Positions 11,664 to 24,500 of a DNA stretch of 64,000 bases are shown here, piece by piece. The stretch is from NCBI GenBank assembly GCA_030141605.1, contig JAQGDQ010000013.1:124001-188000 (forward strand). Reading direction: 5' to 3'. The position numbers were made by a program, and so were the translations under genes. The notes below the pieces were generated by a model that saw nothing but the letters and a program-made list of their open reading frames with translations, had not been told where the DNA came from and ran no database searches. Each line of letters opens with the position of its first letter. Positions within the stretch are counted from its first letter, which is position 1. Source of the stretch: Tubiluchus corallicola (taxonomy: Eukaryota > Animalia > Priapulida).

Positions 11664-12070
11664 TATTTTCCCTTAGCAATATAAAGTTACAAGTGAGGAT
11701 ATAGCACACCCTCCGTTCGTACGTCCATTTGTATGTTGCGTCCAGAATGTGACCCCATTCCGCTGTTAGCCTTTTGGACGAACCAAACTGTTAATACGAA
11801 GCTCTCGTCTTTCACATATATGTCACCCATCAATAGATGAAGAGCACTATCAATGAAAAGTTACAGGACACTACTTGAAAAAACTTTTTGATTGATTTTA
11901 AGCCCGAATAGTTGACTTCCATATGTAAGTCACCCATCAATTAGGGAAAAACTCAGTCAATTTTGGGTTGCAAGATGAAAAGGTCAAGGTTAGATGCTTG
12001 AAAAAACTTTTGTGACCTAAGGCTACGTGTGACCTTCGATTACGATGGGATGGTCCGCAAAGCGGTGCCT
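11664..12070 (+). mobile_element. Decayed interspersed repeat, possibly HINE/DINE-like non-autonomous element
   Basis: Degenerate (GTCC)n-like tract ccgttcgtacgtcc, internal repeat gtcacccatcaat at ~11822 and ~11929, and aggtcaaggt/gtgacc motifs. Confidence 0.3.
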
Positions 12071-12604
12071 TGGTATAAAAGGCCGATTAAAAGCAGCATT
12101 ACTATGATAAAATCAATGTTAGTATTTTCCAAAATAAGTGACTTTAATTGAATCTGGTATGCTAACATCTAACGCTGTTATTCAGCAGTGACAACTGAAA
12201 TATTTTAATAAGATACTAAACAGCAAAAATGAACTATTTAATTGTAATAGGAAAACTAGAGAAAATGAGAACTCTGCTTTTGTTAAAATAATATTATACA
12301 GCATTGAAGATAAAGTGCGTTAATGGGAAAAATAAAAAAGAGTTTATCTGTTGAATTTCTAACATTTGCAAATAGCCACAATATCTTTTTTTAATTATGA
12401 CTCTGTTCATCTAAGTGGATATGTATTAATTTACCGCAAACAACACTTTGCTGTACAGTTCGGTTCGCACTGGTGATTTATTTATTTTATTTATTTATTT
12501 GATATATTTCTCACAAAAAGCAATGTACATAATATAATGATACGTAACAATAATAACAAAATGGCATACCAAAAAATCTATGTGGATATTTAGATGTACA
12601 TATA

Positions 12605-12615
12605 TATTACTACTA

Positions 12616-12706
<91 letters not shown>

Positions 12707-12732
12707 GTTACTACTGCTACTACTACTACTAT

Positions 12733-12784
<52 letters not shown>

Positions 12785-12800
12785 GTTACTACTACTACTA

Positions 12801-12864
<64 letters not shown>

Positions 12865-12894
12865 ACTACTACTACTATTACTACTACTACTACA

Positions 12895-12934
<40 letters not shown>

Positions 12935-12953
12935 TAATAATAATAATAATAAT
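12605..12953. repeat. Compound trinucleotide microsatellite (CTA)n-(CTG)n-(CTA)n-(ATA)n, ~350 bp
   Basis: Directly visible. It accounts for the poly-Y/L/T/S/V ORFs. Confidence 0.98.
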
Positions 12954-15900
12954 ATTTATGCATTTTATTTAAAATTATCTATTGTCCAGAAACTATGATT
13001 GATATAAGATTTGTAATCCTATGATAACAAAGAAGATCGGTAGGTCTGTTCAATTCTTTCAGCAGACTATGTGCAGTAACGCCACTTACTTGTAATCAGT
13101 TTCTTGTGTGTATGAGTTTCCCAAAATTAAACAGAACTCAGCTTGAGAAAAAACGAAATGTGTATTTTACAGTAAGTTATTTTAAATAGCAGTTTGCTAC
13201 TCTCGTTAAAGTTACTTATTTAACTGTGTTGTTATGACGTAAGGTCTAAGTACATTTCATTGCGATTATAAATTTGCTAAACACCCTGTTTGTGAATACG
13301 CCTCTTTCAAACGTTTGTGATCTTAAATCGGTGGCACGTGGAACACGCTATGCACCTCCATTATAACTACGCACAGGTGAAGCGGATCAGGTAACAAAAC
13401 CTCATCACAGGTAAATCTCCAAAATTTAACAGCCGTGATCTCAAACATTCGAGCTAAAATCGTCTATCGTTTTCTTCTTGTTAACATAAATTACGTATAA
13501 CTAAATTTTTCTAACGTTTGGGCACAACTTTATTTTAATCTAGTTTTTTTATGTTGTTTAAATTTCACATACACCCCTCATACATAATGCAGATGTCCCT
13601 CGTAAACTGTGCCCTTTGTTCTGGCTCTCAGCCAATAGTAGTCGTGTGGTCTTTGTGTTGGTTGCTTTACGCCGGCTGGAGTGAAACTACTCTGGATGTA
13701 CCGCTAACTTCTATTGTTGTGATGAAGTTGATGTGACCCTCGGGATAGCCACTGGTCACTACAGCTACAGTTGAGATTTTTTCTATTTAAATACAAACTG
13801 AGCTACATAGTGATTTCAACGATCTTATTTTTGCAGACGCTTTTGTTATTACAGTTCATGCGTTTTATCCAGTTTATTATTGTGAATCTTTAGCCGCACA
13901 CTTTTGTCGCAAGAACTGGCTTCAGAAATTCGAGGAGCGTGTCCAGAATTAGTATCCATAGTGGGGTAGGTATTAATGTAAGTCTTTCAAAAATCGTAAC
14001 AGAAATTGTATGACAACAAGGGAAAAGTTCCATTTGAAGAGCTCCAAGCACGCTAGTTTGCAGTGCATCACTTCGGCATTACCTCCTTTGACAAGCTTTG
14101 GTTTATTATTCGCTAAGTGCTAAATCAATTGAGGTTGTTTTGTTCATGTAAATACTTTTTTGTATGTAAAAGCAATAGCAAAGGTTTTGTATTCGCGCTA
14201 CACACTCGCGGATATAATATTTTTAGGCAATACGTATGTACTGTTTTAGACCAACACAAAGAAATGTATTCATGATTCTTCACTGTCGTCATTGCCGTCA
14301 TCACCATCGTCGTCAGCATCATTATAATTAACAGTATCTAGTTAATGAGTACAATGTTTTGATAAAATTAACTCTCGTAAGCGCTAGTTGTATTCTATTG
14401 TTGGTATAAAACATAGTAATCAATGCTGAAAATTAATGCAACAGTGAGCTGAATATATTCCTGGAGAAGTTAGGACGAATTTTCAGGAATTAATTTATTT
14501 TCCGTTTTCTATACTTATACTTGATTTTTGAAATGTAAGAAAGAAACTGAATGATTTTACACTTGCGAAACGCATGTTAGAGTTTAAAAATGTATTTATA
14601 AAATAGCATTTGTTGCCAAAAACTCAAGTAGAAATCAAAATTTGGTACACTTACACTTTTTATTGGCCTAGAAATTTCGATTATATGGGCATAGCTGTGA
14701 CAGTATAGTCACTAGAGCCAGTTGTCATATTGAAGTCGCTGGATTTTAGAGGTCCTGACAGACCTATGTAAAAAAATTTGAAGAAATTGTAAAAAGTGAT
14801 ATTATACGCTGCAGTTTTTTTGCTATCATCGTCGGTTCATGAATTTCGTAACTGATTTATGCAGTTATCCGATGTGAATGATTTAAATGTAGAGTTGTTA
14901 TCCCAACAGCGTTGTGTGCAGCTTTGGAATTCTCTTAGAAACGGATTCGAAAACATGCTCTCAAAATACAAGAAATCTTTAACTTAGACGCATGGGCCAT
15001 GTTGGACTATGAAATTTATTACGAGTCTTTCAACATGTGAAACAAGTTTCGCCGTGCGGCCCAGCCCAGTGTTATGAATATATGCATCTGTGCCAAAAAC
15101 AAGTAGTAGATGTCTGTTAATGTTATGGCACGAAAACTTGTATTTTTTGTAAACTATTGTGAGTTATTTTGTTTCATTTTATTTTTTTACTGTAGACTCT
15201 ACCCCTGTTGTTACTCATCAGGCCTAAGTGACTTGGTATTAGACTTCATCAAGCTTGATTTCTGGAGACTGAAATATTATTGTGCTTTTATAGGCTTGTC
15301 TTCTCATAACTTTTCGCTGTAAGTTTTGTTTTCCTGGTGAACTTTGATGTTTGCTAAGTATTACTTAGTAACATATGAATGTTTGTCATTTTTGTATGTA
15401 GACTAACTTGCCAATAAAATTACTCATAGATTGGCTTGTCAATAAAAAAATTTTCAGTCAAAGCAGCATAAAGAATCTATGATCGTCACCATGACGTTTC
15501 CTGAAGAATGGTTCCAGTTTTGCTAAAGCTAGCTTCAGTTCAGTAATCAGTATTTTTTGGTACACGATACCAAAGTGCTGAAACAATTTATGCTAAGCCT
15601 TGCCCTTTAGTTGTGAAAACTGAAAAGCTTTGCGGTGCCGTGATAACACGTATTACAAATTGGCGTCTTTAAAAGCACAGTGATAGCATCTAGATTAGCC
15701 TATTAAAGGCAAAAAATGCGTGCTAAAAACACGAGTCTTTTATTTTGTGTGCGTGTACGTGCAAGAATCTACAATCCTTCATGCTTGACGATTGTCATAA
15801 TCACCTTTATTTAAGTCCTAATCACATTGTCTACAAATTACTATATGTATGTAGTTTATTTGGTGTGTCCAAGCGCGATACCACAATTTTTAGTTTTGTA

Positions 15901-17054
15901 TCAATCCTTGCCTATGATTAAATTAATTCCTTTGTTCTAACATGCATGCATGGAGTTCGTCCTTTGAAAAACCGAAAAAAACTTAATATCGTGCGAAATT
16001 CTTATATCCAGAAACAACTTTCAAATTGAATTGCATAAATTTAATTTGCAAACAACTAAATATGCCAAAATGACAATTAGTCACCATCGAACTCGCGCCC
16101 CTATCTCATAATGGCACCGTCCACCTGCAGCAGCTTCCTTGTGAGATGACGTCACTCCGTTTGTACAACTTAGTTGCTGTGTAAAACTTCAGCGATGATT
16201 GTAACAACAGCAAACGGCAGCAAAGTTTTGTTTGGTAGTGAAAAAGTGTAGGGAAGTGGCTTAAATCGGCCTAAGTGAAGTCCACGGCGACGTCGTCAGA
16301 TTGAAAGTCAAGCTTGTCGGCAAAAGAAGCCACATAATGGTACTTAGCGAGTATATTAAGTGTTTAGTTTACTTGGTATCGTGTTGTTGTGTTGGGCAAG
16401 CAGCAGCCATGTTGCTGGAAAACTATTGATTAATGCCAAGAGTATAGGAGGAAGGTGCAGACTGCAAGGACTTTGCAGTGCATATAGTGCTGCAAAATCA
16501 CAAGTTATAAAGACATGGCTTCAGGAAAGTTAATTACCGTGGCTGTTTGCAAGCAAAACATGTTTAAATACCACACAGTAAATTCTCTTAATGTATGATG
16601 CATTTACTGGTTTTCTAAATGTTTTATGTAGTTTGACAAGTTTGTTGGTTTTAACTTTCCAAGTTTTCGTATTTTAATTTTGTAAGCTACTAAAACTAGA
16701 TAATTACAAATGTTTATGATGGTCTGTATTACGTGCGTAATTTGTAACCATTGATTTTCATCAGAGGTTTAGTTACCCGAAGTTTATTATTTGTTTGGCA
16801 GATATAGGTATGGTTTGTAGGTTTGGCATGGGAGAAAAGTGATTTATAACAAAACTGTCTATCCTTTGCAATTGCTGCTCACACAGAAATTGAAGTAACC
16901 CAAAAAGTTTACGGTAAACTAATGATGGTGCTGTCAATTCTTTTAAGTTTTCTACTCTTTATCAGGCTAGAAATGAAAAGGTCTGTGCTAGGCTGGCTTT
17001 TTAATTACTATTATATTTTTAATATATATATATATAGTTATTAAAAAGCCAACC

Positions 17055-17074
17055 TATATATATATACACACACA

Positions 17075-17153
<79 letters not shown>
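17055..17153. repeat. (TA)n-(CA)n-(TA)n microsatellite
   Basis: Directly visible. Confidence 0.97.
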
Positions 17154-17154
<1 letters not shown>

Positions 17155-17299
17155 CTAACTGATCGAAAATACGATTTATAATAGCAGGAAAGTGTGCATA
17201 GCATCCTTAGACAATACATACTGTGTTGGCATCTTACAAAATTAGACCCAAGAGCACTTTTTAGGAATACCTCCCATGATTACAAAAATGACATAGATC

Positions 17300-17890
17300 A
17301 TATAGTGGTCATGGCGCTGGACAGTACAATAGTTCCTTATTCAAATCCAGGCTCTATAGATTCAGACATTTTCACACTTTTCTCTTCTTTGTCAAGTTTC
17401 AAGTTTGGTTACATGAGTTTACTTCACCATAAGCCAATAATTGTAAAATCAAGATTACAAATAAAAATTACACATAGATAATTGCAAGCTTTAAATAAAT
17501 CACAAAACATTAATCAATTTACTTGTTAATTAAAAATATTTTGCTCTTTTACTAGCAAAACTCGAATATGTTTGACTGAATTGTCACTATTAGGAAACAT
17601 CCTGATCAGAATGGGCTCTGTGGTCCAGATGTCATGGATTTGGGCTTGTAAACCGAAGGTCCCTCGTTTATATCCAGACTTACTTTATCCAGACTTTTCA
17701 CACTTTCTTCCTGCTTATTAGACCATTACGTGTAGTTTAATTTTCAATAATTGTTGGTTCCTTCACCCACTAACCGTAATCTTGAAAGTACTACAGGTGG
17801 TGAATTTTTATAAGACAAGCCGTATGATCACAAGGGGCTCTGTAGTCTAGTAATCGTGGTGTTGGAATTATACACTTTGGTCTGGACTCC
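17300..17890 (+). mobile_element. Cluster of 2-3 decayed tRNA-derived SINE-like heads
   Basis: GGGCTCTGTGGTCCAGATGTCATGG...CTTGTAAACCGAAGGTCCC (17613) is tRNA-like. Related segments occur at ~17324 (gtggtcatggcgctgg...ttcaaatcca...cagacattttcacactttt) and ~17834 (ggggctctgtagtctagt). Confidence 0.45.
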
Positions 17891-18547
17891 TGTCCTCAAG
17901 AAAAATGTTGTTGAAATGGCTACTTTCTGACCACCCAACTAATTATTGCATAGTTCTTGTTCCCTTCCCGTTACTAACAGGCTCTCTGCGCTACCTTCTA
18001 ACCAGTCGATTAGTCAACTTTTTCCTGTATAAACTACGGAAGCTATGTTATGACTACAGTTAGTAATTTATACTTATGTGTTTTTCACTGGTGGTTTTAG
18101 TTGCTGTGCTCCTGTATTTTTTGTGTATCATCTGAAGGTAAATTACTGTGGTAGTTTTGAAACGTCGTGTTTTCCCTCGTTGTTTAACTGTGGGATTTTT
18201 TTGATCAATGTCTGTTTTCTTGTCATTAAGAATTAAATTTGCATTGCTATGAGGGGAAGATGCTGAGATTGTTGACTGCTGAAATCGCATGACTTAGTAT
18301 CGTCGATTCCACGAGTGATGGTCGTGCGAAAAATAACAACTTGTGAATTTAATTTGAAAGTAAACGCGAAAGGATAGCAGCAGAGAATGTGATATCCGCT
18401 ATTTTAGTGACGAATCAGTCTAGCTCAAGCAGACGTCGAGCACTGATTGTTTGCTGTGAAGGCGTGTGATGCATGTGATTTTCCTCGGTTTGTCTAAAAA
18501 AGAATAAAGCACATATTTGCCATTTTAATTGTAATCTTGCGTTTGAT

Positions 18548-18571
18548 ATGTTAAAAATGAATCAAGCAAGT
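18548..18571 (+). CDS. MYT1: MYT1-like, candidate first coding exon (MLKMNQAS)
   Basis: ATG...agt|gtatgt, phase 0 matching the next exon; no homology support. Confidence 0.4.
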
Positions 18572-21500
18572 GTATGTAACCCCGATACACATAGACAGAG
18601 TGAGCTGTCTGTGACGTCATTCATCAGATTGTTAACTGGAATCAGCAATACCTTATCCAAAGAAATAAGGACCTAGATGCCTATATGGTAACTATATGCA
18701 AACGGTCCTCTTTCAAACTGTCAACTGATGAAGCGATGTTGGTTGATGGTAGAACACGACACCATGGCCGAACTAATCGTTGACATCAGCAGGACACATT
18801 TTGCTGCCTATTTCTGCAATGTTATCATACTGGAAAGTCGTTGTTTAGAACTTCCCAGTAGTACCCCCACCCCCCTACAAACATGTGGGACGTTGTAGGG
18901 TGAACATTTTTAAGTGGCGAACATTTCTTGTATGATGGTTAAGACTGCTGTAATATTTTAAAGTATAAATGATGTTGTGTCTCCTATTGACTATAATACC
19001 CACTTTGTGCAACTTGTAGTTTATAGCAGTTGTATATATGTCTAACTATAGGGTACGTATGTGTTAGGCCAGAAAGGTGTAAACCGTGTAATAGCTAACG
19101 GGCCATGTAGAATGACTTACACAATTGTTCATTTATATAGCCAGATTTTTGTAAATTAATTAAAAACAACTAAACAAAATGGATATTTTTCATTCTATAA
19201 AGCCATAGAAGTCCTGTGAATAGATTGTTTGCAAATTGAATGTGTGAAGCATTACACATGATAAAGATTTTATTTCTGTAAAATGGATAACTAACTATTA
19301 TTTGCATAATCTAAATTATTTGTACTTTTAAGGCCACACACGTTAACAGCAAACAATGTGATTTTTTACATGCAACTATGTTCTAACCTGGGCGTACTGG
19401 TTAGTTCTCGGACAATATACCTGATGACTTATTATGAGTCAACACGTGTTAATCAATAATGAACCATGACATCATCTTCGTATTCAGTGATTCAGCCCTC
19501 CCCCTGCCTCCGCTATCGGTAGCATTAAGACCTTTTTGCAACACTGGGACATGAAACTCTTTAATGCCAACAGTTACACTGGCTTCCACTGTACTCTGCA
19601 GAGGCATAAATTTATGAGAATTTATACAATTCCGCGCAGTGAAATGATTGCGTCAGGAGTTTACTTTAACTTTGCCTTTTATTCAAAATCAATAAAGGAC
19701 GCAGAACTAGTTGCTGCAGATATTAGCGGAGATTAATTGCAGTAGCATTGTGTGACATTTAAAACAAGATTTATAGAGTTCTGTGGATGAATCTACGACT
19801 GAAATTGTTTGAACTGTTAAGTGCACGATAGTGGGCAATTAACGGTGCCAGTTTTGTAATTGAGTGAAACTGTACTGTGCAATTTTAATAAATAGTCTGT
19901 CAATTTTTGAAGATCGGCCTTGCCTTCTTACATAATAGTTAATTTGTTGCCAAATGTAGGGTTTAACAGTTAGTATAAAGTGATTTTTTTTATCTTTGAG
20001 AATTATAACATTTTCGGAACTTAACAGAATCTGAATGTTAAGTATAAGTGTAACGCTTAAAACAAATTTATACCATTTTTTTGCACTTGTCGGAATGTGA
20101 TACTGTTACAAAAACTTTGCCAGTATGCCTGTGGTCCTGTACTTTTTTTTGAAGTGGTACTTTAGTAAGTTAATAAACATCAGTTGCCGATAAACTAGTA
20201 AAATTTGTTATGGTGTTTGATTATCAATCAGTGAAAAATGACAGTTGTTAATGTTGAAGTAGCATAATCAAGTCGCATTTTCATTTTCTATGACTGAAAT
20301 GTAGTCATGTTTATAAAGTGCTCTATATATTACCATTTGTGGAGTATTACGACCCATGTATTACTTACTGAAGCCAAGCTCTGTTTGCAAGCTGCCATTA
20401 TATTTCTCTGTGTGCGCGTGTTGCTACCTAACTTTGCTTGCCGAGAGGAAAGTTGCTGCAGCTGCACAAATCAATATTCTCATATAAACTACCGTGATAA
20501 CTTTCTTCTTGCGGACAATTATTGCAGAGATAGTTATAGCATTTGACGTTTCACGGATTCTGCTTTGACTGGCACGTGTTTGTTTGTACCTTTTATTTAA
20601 GGGGCGATAGCTTGTACAAAGCTTATGAATTACTACTACGAGATTTAAAGTTCTGTCCTATATGTAGAATGGAACGAATCATTCAGAAAGATGTTAGTGT
20701 ACTTCCACTATCATAGAAATGCGATTTACTTTGCGTCGTTTCTCATTTTTTTTATACCTCACAAACATTTTTCTACTGGGTTGTACGCCAACGCCATTAG
20801 CTACAACATGTTGTATAGACTGATCAATTACTGCCATCTTGTGATAAAATAAAGTTTGTTCTGTAATTTAGATTCAACTTTTATGCGAAATTCTACGTTT
20901 CAAATTCGTATGAATTTTTTTTTTTGCTTAGGAAACAAAGAAAGGACCCAGATTACTACGTAGCAACACTAGTCAGTTGCAATCAGAATGTAGCACGACG
21001 AAATTATTTCACAGAAAGGATTTGAGAAAGCAACCAGAGTTACGAGGTGATCTTTTAGCTAACTGCTCGTTTGGTTTGCAGACTGGTGGTGAGTCTCATA
21101 ATCTGAAAGTTTTTAATTTATTGTCGGAATTTCTAGTTTATTGACGAGGGAAAATTTCCAATTGTGAGAATGTTAATCTAATGCCTGCTAAACGCTGATT
21201 TATTACTAGTGGTAGTGTTGAAACAGCTTTTGCAATAGTTAAGCTATGTTTGCCCTTTGAGGTAATTAGATGCCTGACTGCTGCAGTGTGCAGACGATTC
21301 TGAAATTGACTAATATCTTTCGTGCCCCATTTAAAACAGACTGCATTAAAATAATGGATTTTCTTGAATCCATGTGGCAGGCTCGTCATCATAGTTTTTG
21401 CGTAACCTTATCTTAGAGGTGCTCCAATGAATTCTTGGAAGCTGGGATTCTTTAAATAAAGCAAGTGATTGCAAAATTATCAAAAACGTTTAGTTAAAAA

Positions 21501-24500
21501 TCTACATCAACTTTTTTCTTAAATTCATGAATGAATACCTACTGCTTATAGAATTGATTTCGTTTCAAGGTTAACATAACACTGATTAAAAGCATTTCTT
21601 GAAGAGGACGAAAAGGGAATTATAAAGGATGTCACAAAAATCTTTCCACACAAAGTTATATTAGTTACCATTACACTTGCCAGTTTGATGCAAAAGGAAA
21701 TTCTTGATAATTTAAAATGTACGCACCAGCTGTTAAAGTGTCACGGTTTCACTGTCCCAGTGTGTGCCAAAAACGTCACTGACTCACTGAAAATATATTA
21801 TTATCTTATAGACAGGATAAAGTAATTTATACTTTTGCTTAGTTAGAAAAGTGTGCGTTACGAATGCGTTTTTTATTTTTCTCGAACTTTACTCAATATT
21901 ATTTGAACTTGTTTAGACGACTTTGGTTGTTTTTCTTAAAAATTTTGTAGTAGGATTGACCAAATTTAGTGTAAAATGTTTAACGGCCCCACCTATGCAG
22001 CTATTGTTCTCTGAACCTTGCAAACTTCAACTTTCGTGTTGGTACATCTACTTCCAGAGCTTTACCGTTGCTATGGCAACGTGCAAAGTTTTATCATAAT
22101 TGTTGGGATAATATTATCAATATTGTTGCTAATTGATGTAAAACCAGCGCATGTGCTTGACCCTGGGCTCTGCTGCAGATGATATTTATAAAGCTCGGGT
22201 CTTAAGGGAGTTTGTATAATTGATCTTTTTCAAGCAAATGTTCTATAGCTGTTAGGTATAGTATTTGACCTGTCATCGTCGTTTTTTGTGAACGAATAAG
22301 TAACAACTTGCGAAAATAAATAGTGCGCAAAGTAGATCATTTAGCGTTCGACGGTGTAGGAAAAAAGAAGAGCGATAAAACTATACTTTTACGCTATTAG
22401 TCATTAGTGTCTTCCCTGTCTTTTCGGCAATATGGCAATTAATCAGCCAATTTTTGTAAGCCTATTTTTGCGATATTATAAAAACATTACCTGAGTGTGA
22501 GTTAGAATATTGGGCTTCCACTTCAAACTGGGTGATGTAATTATTTAGCTTTGCATTACAATGCACCTTTCAGTTGTATATTGAGATAAAGCCCACGTAG
22601 TTTTTCATAGAAGTTGGGAGTTGTCAAAATTTAAAAAGGACCGTGAAAACGGTAAAAATTGCGTTTAGCATCGCCATAGAATTTGATTTCTTAACGTTTT
22701 TGTCTGTTGGCCCAATTTAAAATGTCCAGTTAGTTATTGACAGCATATAACGCCGCAATGCATGCAGTGGCTAGTTTTTCTTTATCTAACTGCGTCTTTA
22801 CTTTTTATTGATTACTCCAAAATGCCTGGCTCATTGTAAACTCTCTGTGCAAATAATAATTTTAAGGACAGATGGTGTATCCAGGCTCCAGCACTTGTAG
22901 CTTAGTCAGTACTATGCCTTTGTGTTGCCAAACTGGCGCACTCTGAAATGCGCAGCGGCTGCTAGTTGTGTCAGGAGATTGACTTGAAAACCGTTTGTGA
23001 TAACTTATGATATGATTAAGCTTTGATTTGTTTATCTTAAAGTGTCTTTTTGTGTGAAATTGTAATTTTGAAATAATTGCTAGCTATTTGCCATCGAACT
23101 TATAATCAGTAGTATTCACAACACAGGTACAGAGAATAAAGACTTTGATCTTTGTTATTTTTGTAGATGTTTTTGTAATTTTAATTTTTAACAAACGAAA
23201 GCTGAAAATGTGTTTAGAGTCTTAATGAGTTTAGAGACGCAGGTACTGCAAGTATTTCTAATAATAATGTAGCTATATAATACGTGGTAACATTTATCAC
23301 ATTAACATATTAACATGTATATTAACGTACTAACATTTAAAACATTAACTTATGTTTTAACACATTTTTTAACATTTGCTGATATAAAGACCCTGAAAGA
23401 CTTCTTAATCCAAGCAAGCACATTCACACAGTCTTTTATTCACCATTGCGAAATAGGATAATCATTCTAGAGTGGTAACAGGAAACTAGCATGACGGTAA
23501 AAATTAACATAAATTTAAATTATCTTTCGCTAACAGAAGCGCCATCTGGTTTCCATCATAAATCCGTTATTTCCAGACAAGGAGAAAGAAAAGAGCAACA
23601 TTGATACATGAAAGGGCACAAATTAATGACTCGAGTTTTCGTCTGATTTGCGTTTAAGATTTTTTTGGTCAGAATTCGTCATTTGCCTCTAGCAATAGCT
23701 CATTAAGATGTATTGTTACAGTATATTATCGTTTATGTTATATTGTAGAAAAATTTTAACTTCACGTGCTCGGGCAATTTGGCCATATAGCATACGTGTA
23801 CACAAAATCTGAGCTACTGTATTATATGGACACGTACTATGGCCACACATACACACAGCTTTCATTTGCAAGACATTGCTCACCTTTCAAGTTTTTTTGT
23901 GATTTTGTCACCTGAAGAAGTCTACAAAAATTCCATATTCATCTGCGAGAGTGACCATGTTTACCCCTTGACTATGCCTGGTCCAGTACGTTTTAGTCAT
24001 GTGTGATTGATCATTGTGCAGGGCGCTGTGATTAATGTCACTTTATATAAATTATATGCCTGGTCTGGTGTTGTTATTCGTGCTGTGACTAAGCAGTTTG
24101 CTGTAATTTTGACATTTTGGAACCTCGAACAATTCTAGTTTTTTTAATCATACTGTGGTTTGAGCTTCTCCCTAGGTGTCTACCTTACAAGTCTACCCTA
24201 CGTAATATAATTTTCTAGTTATTCAATGCCATAAGTCGATACCTGAAACTGGATGCTTAACAAAACAATAACAACAAGTCAGCCAATGGGTTCTTCTAGA
24301 TCCGCTCTCGGGTTTGGAAAAACTGTGTGGTTTCAACACGCTATCTAACTAGCTTGAAGGATAGTCGAATAAAACATCACTGATACCAACTTCCTATTGT
24401 AACGTTTCTAGTTTTTTCATCTCTACATCTAATCCAACTTAAGATTCTGAGTGGCAACGCATAATTCTATAGTTTTTGAAATAAGCATGCATAGTAGTAT

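Noticed and set aside
12580-12998. Poly-Tyr/Leu/Thr/Ser/Val ORFs
   Set aside because: Translations of the (CTA)n microsatellite.
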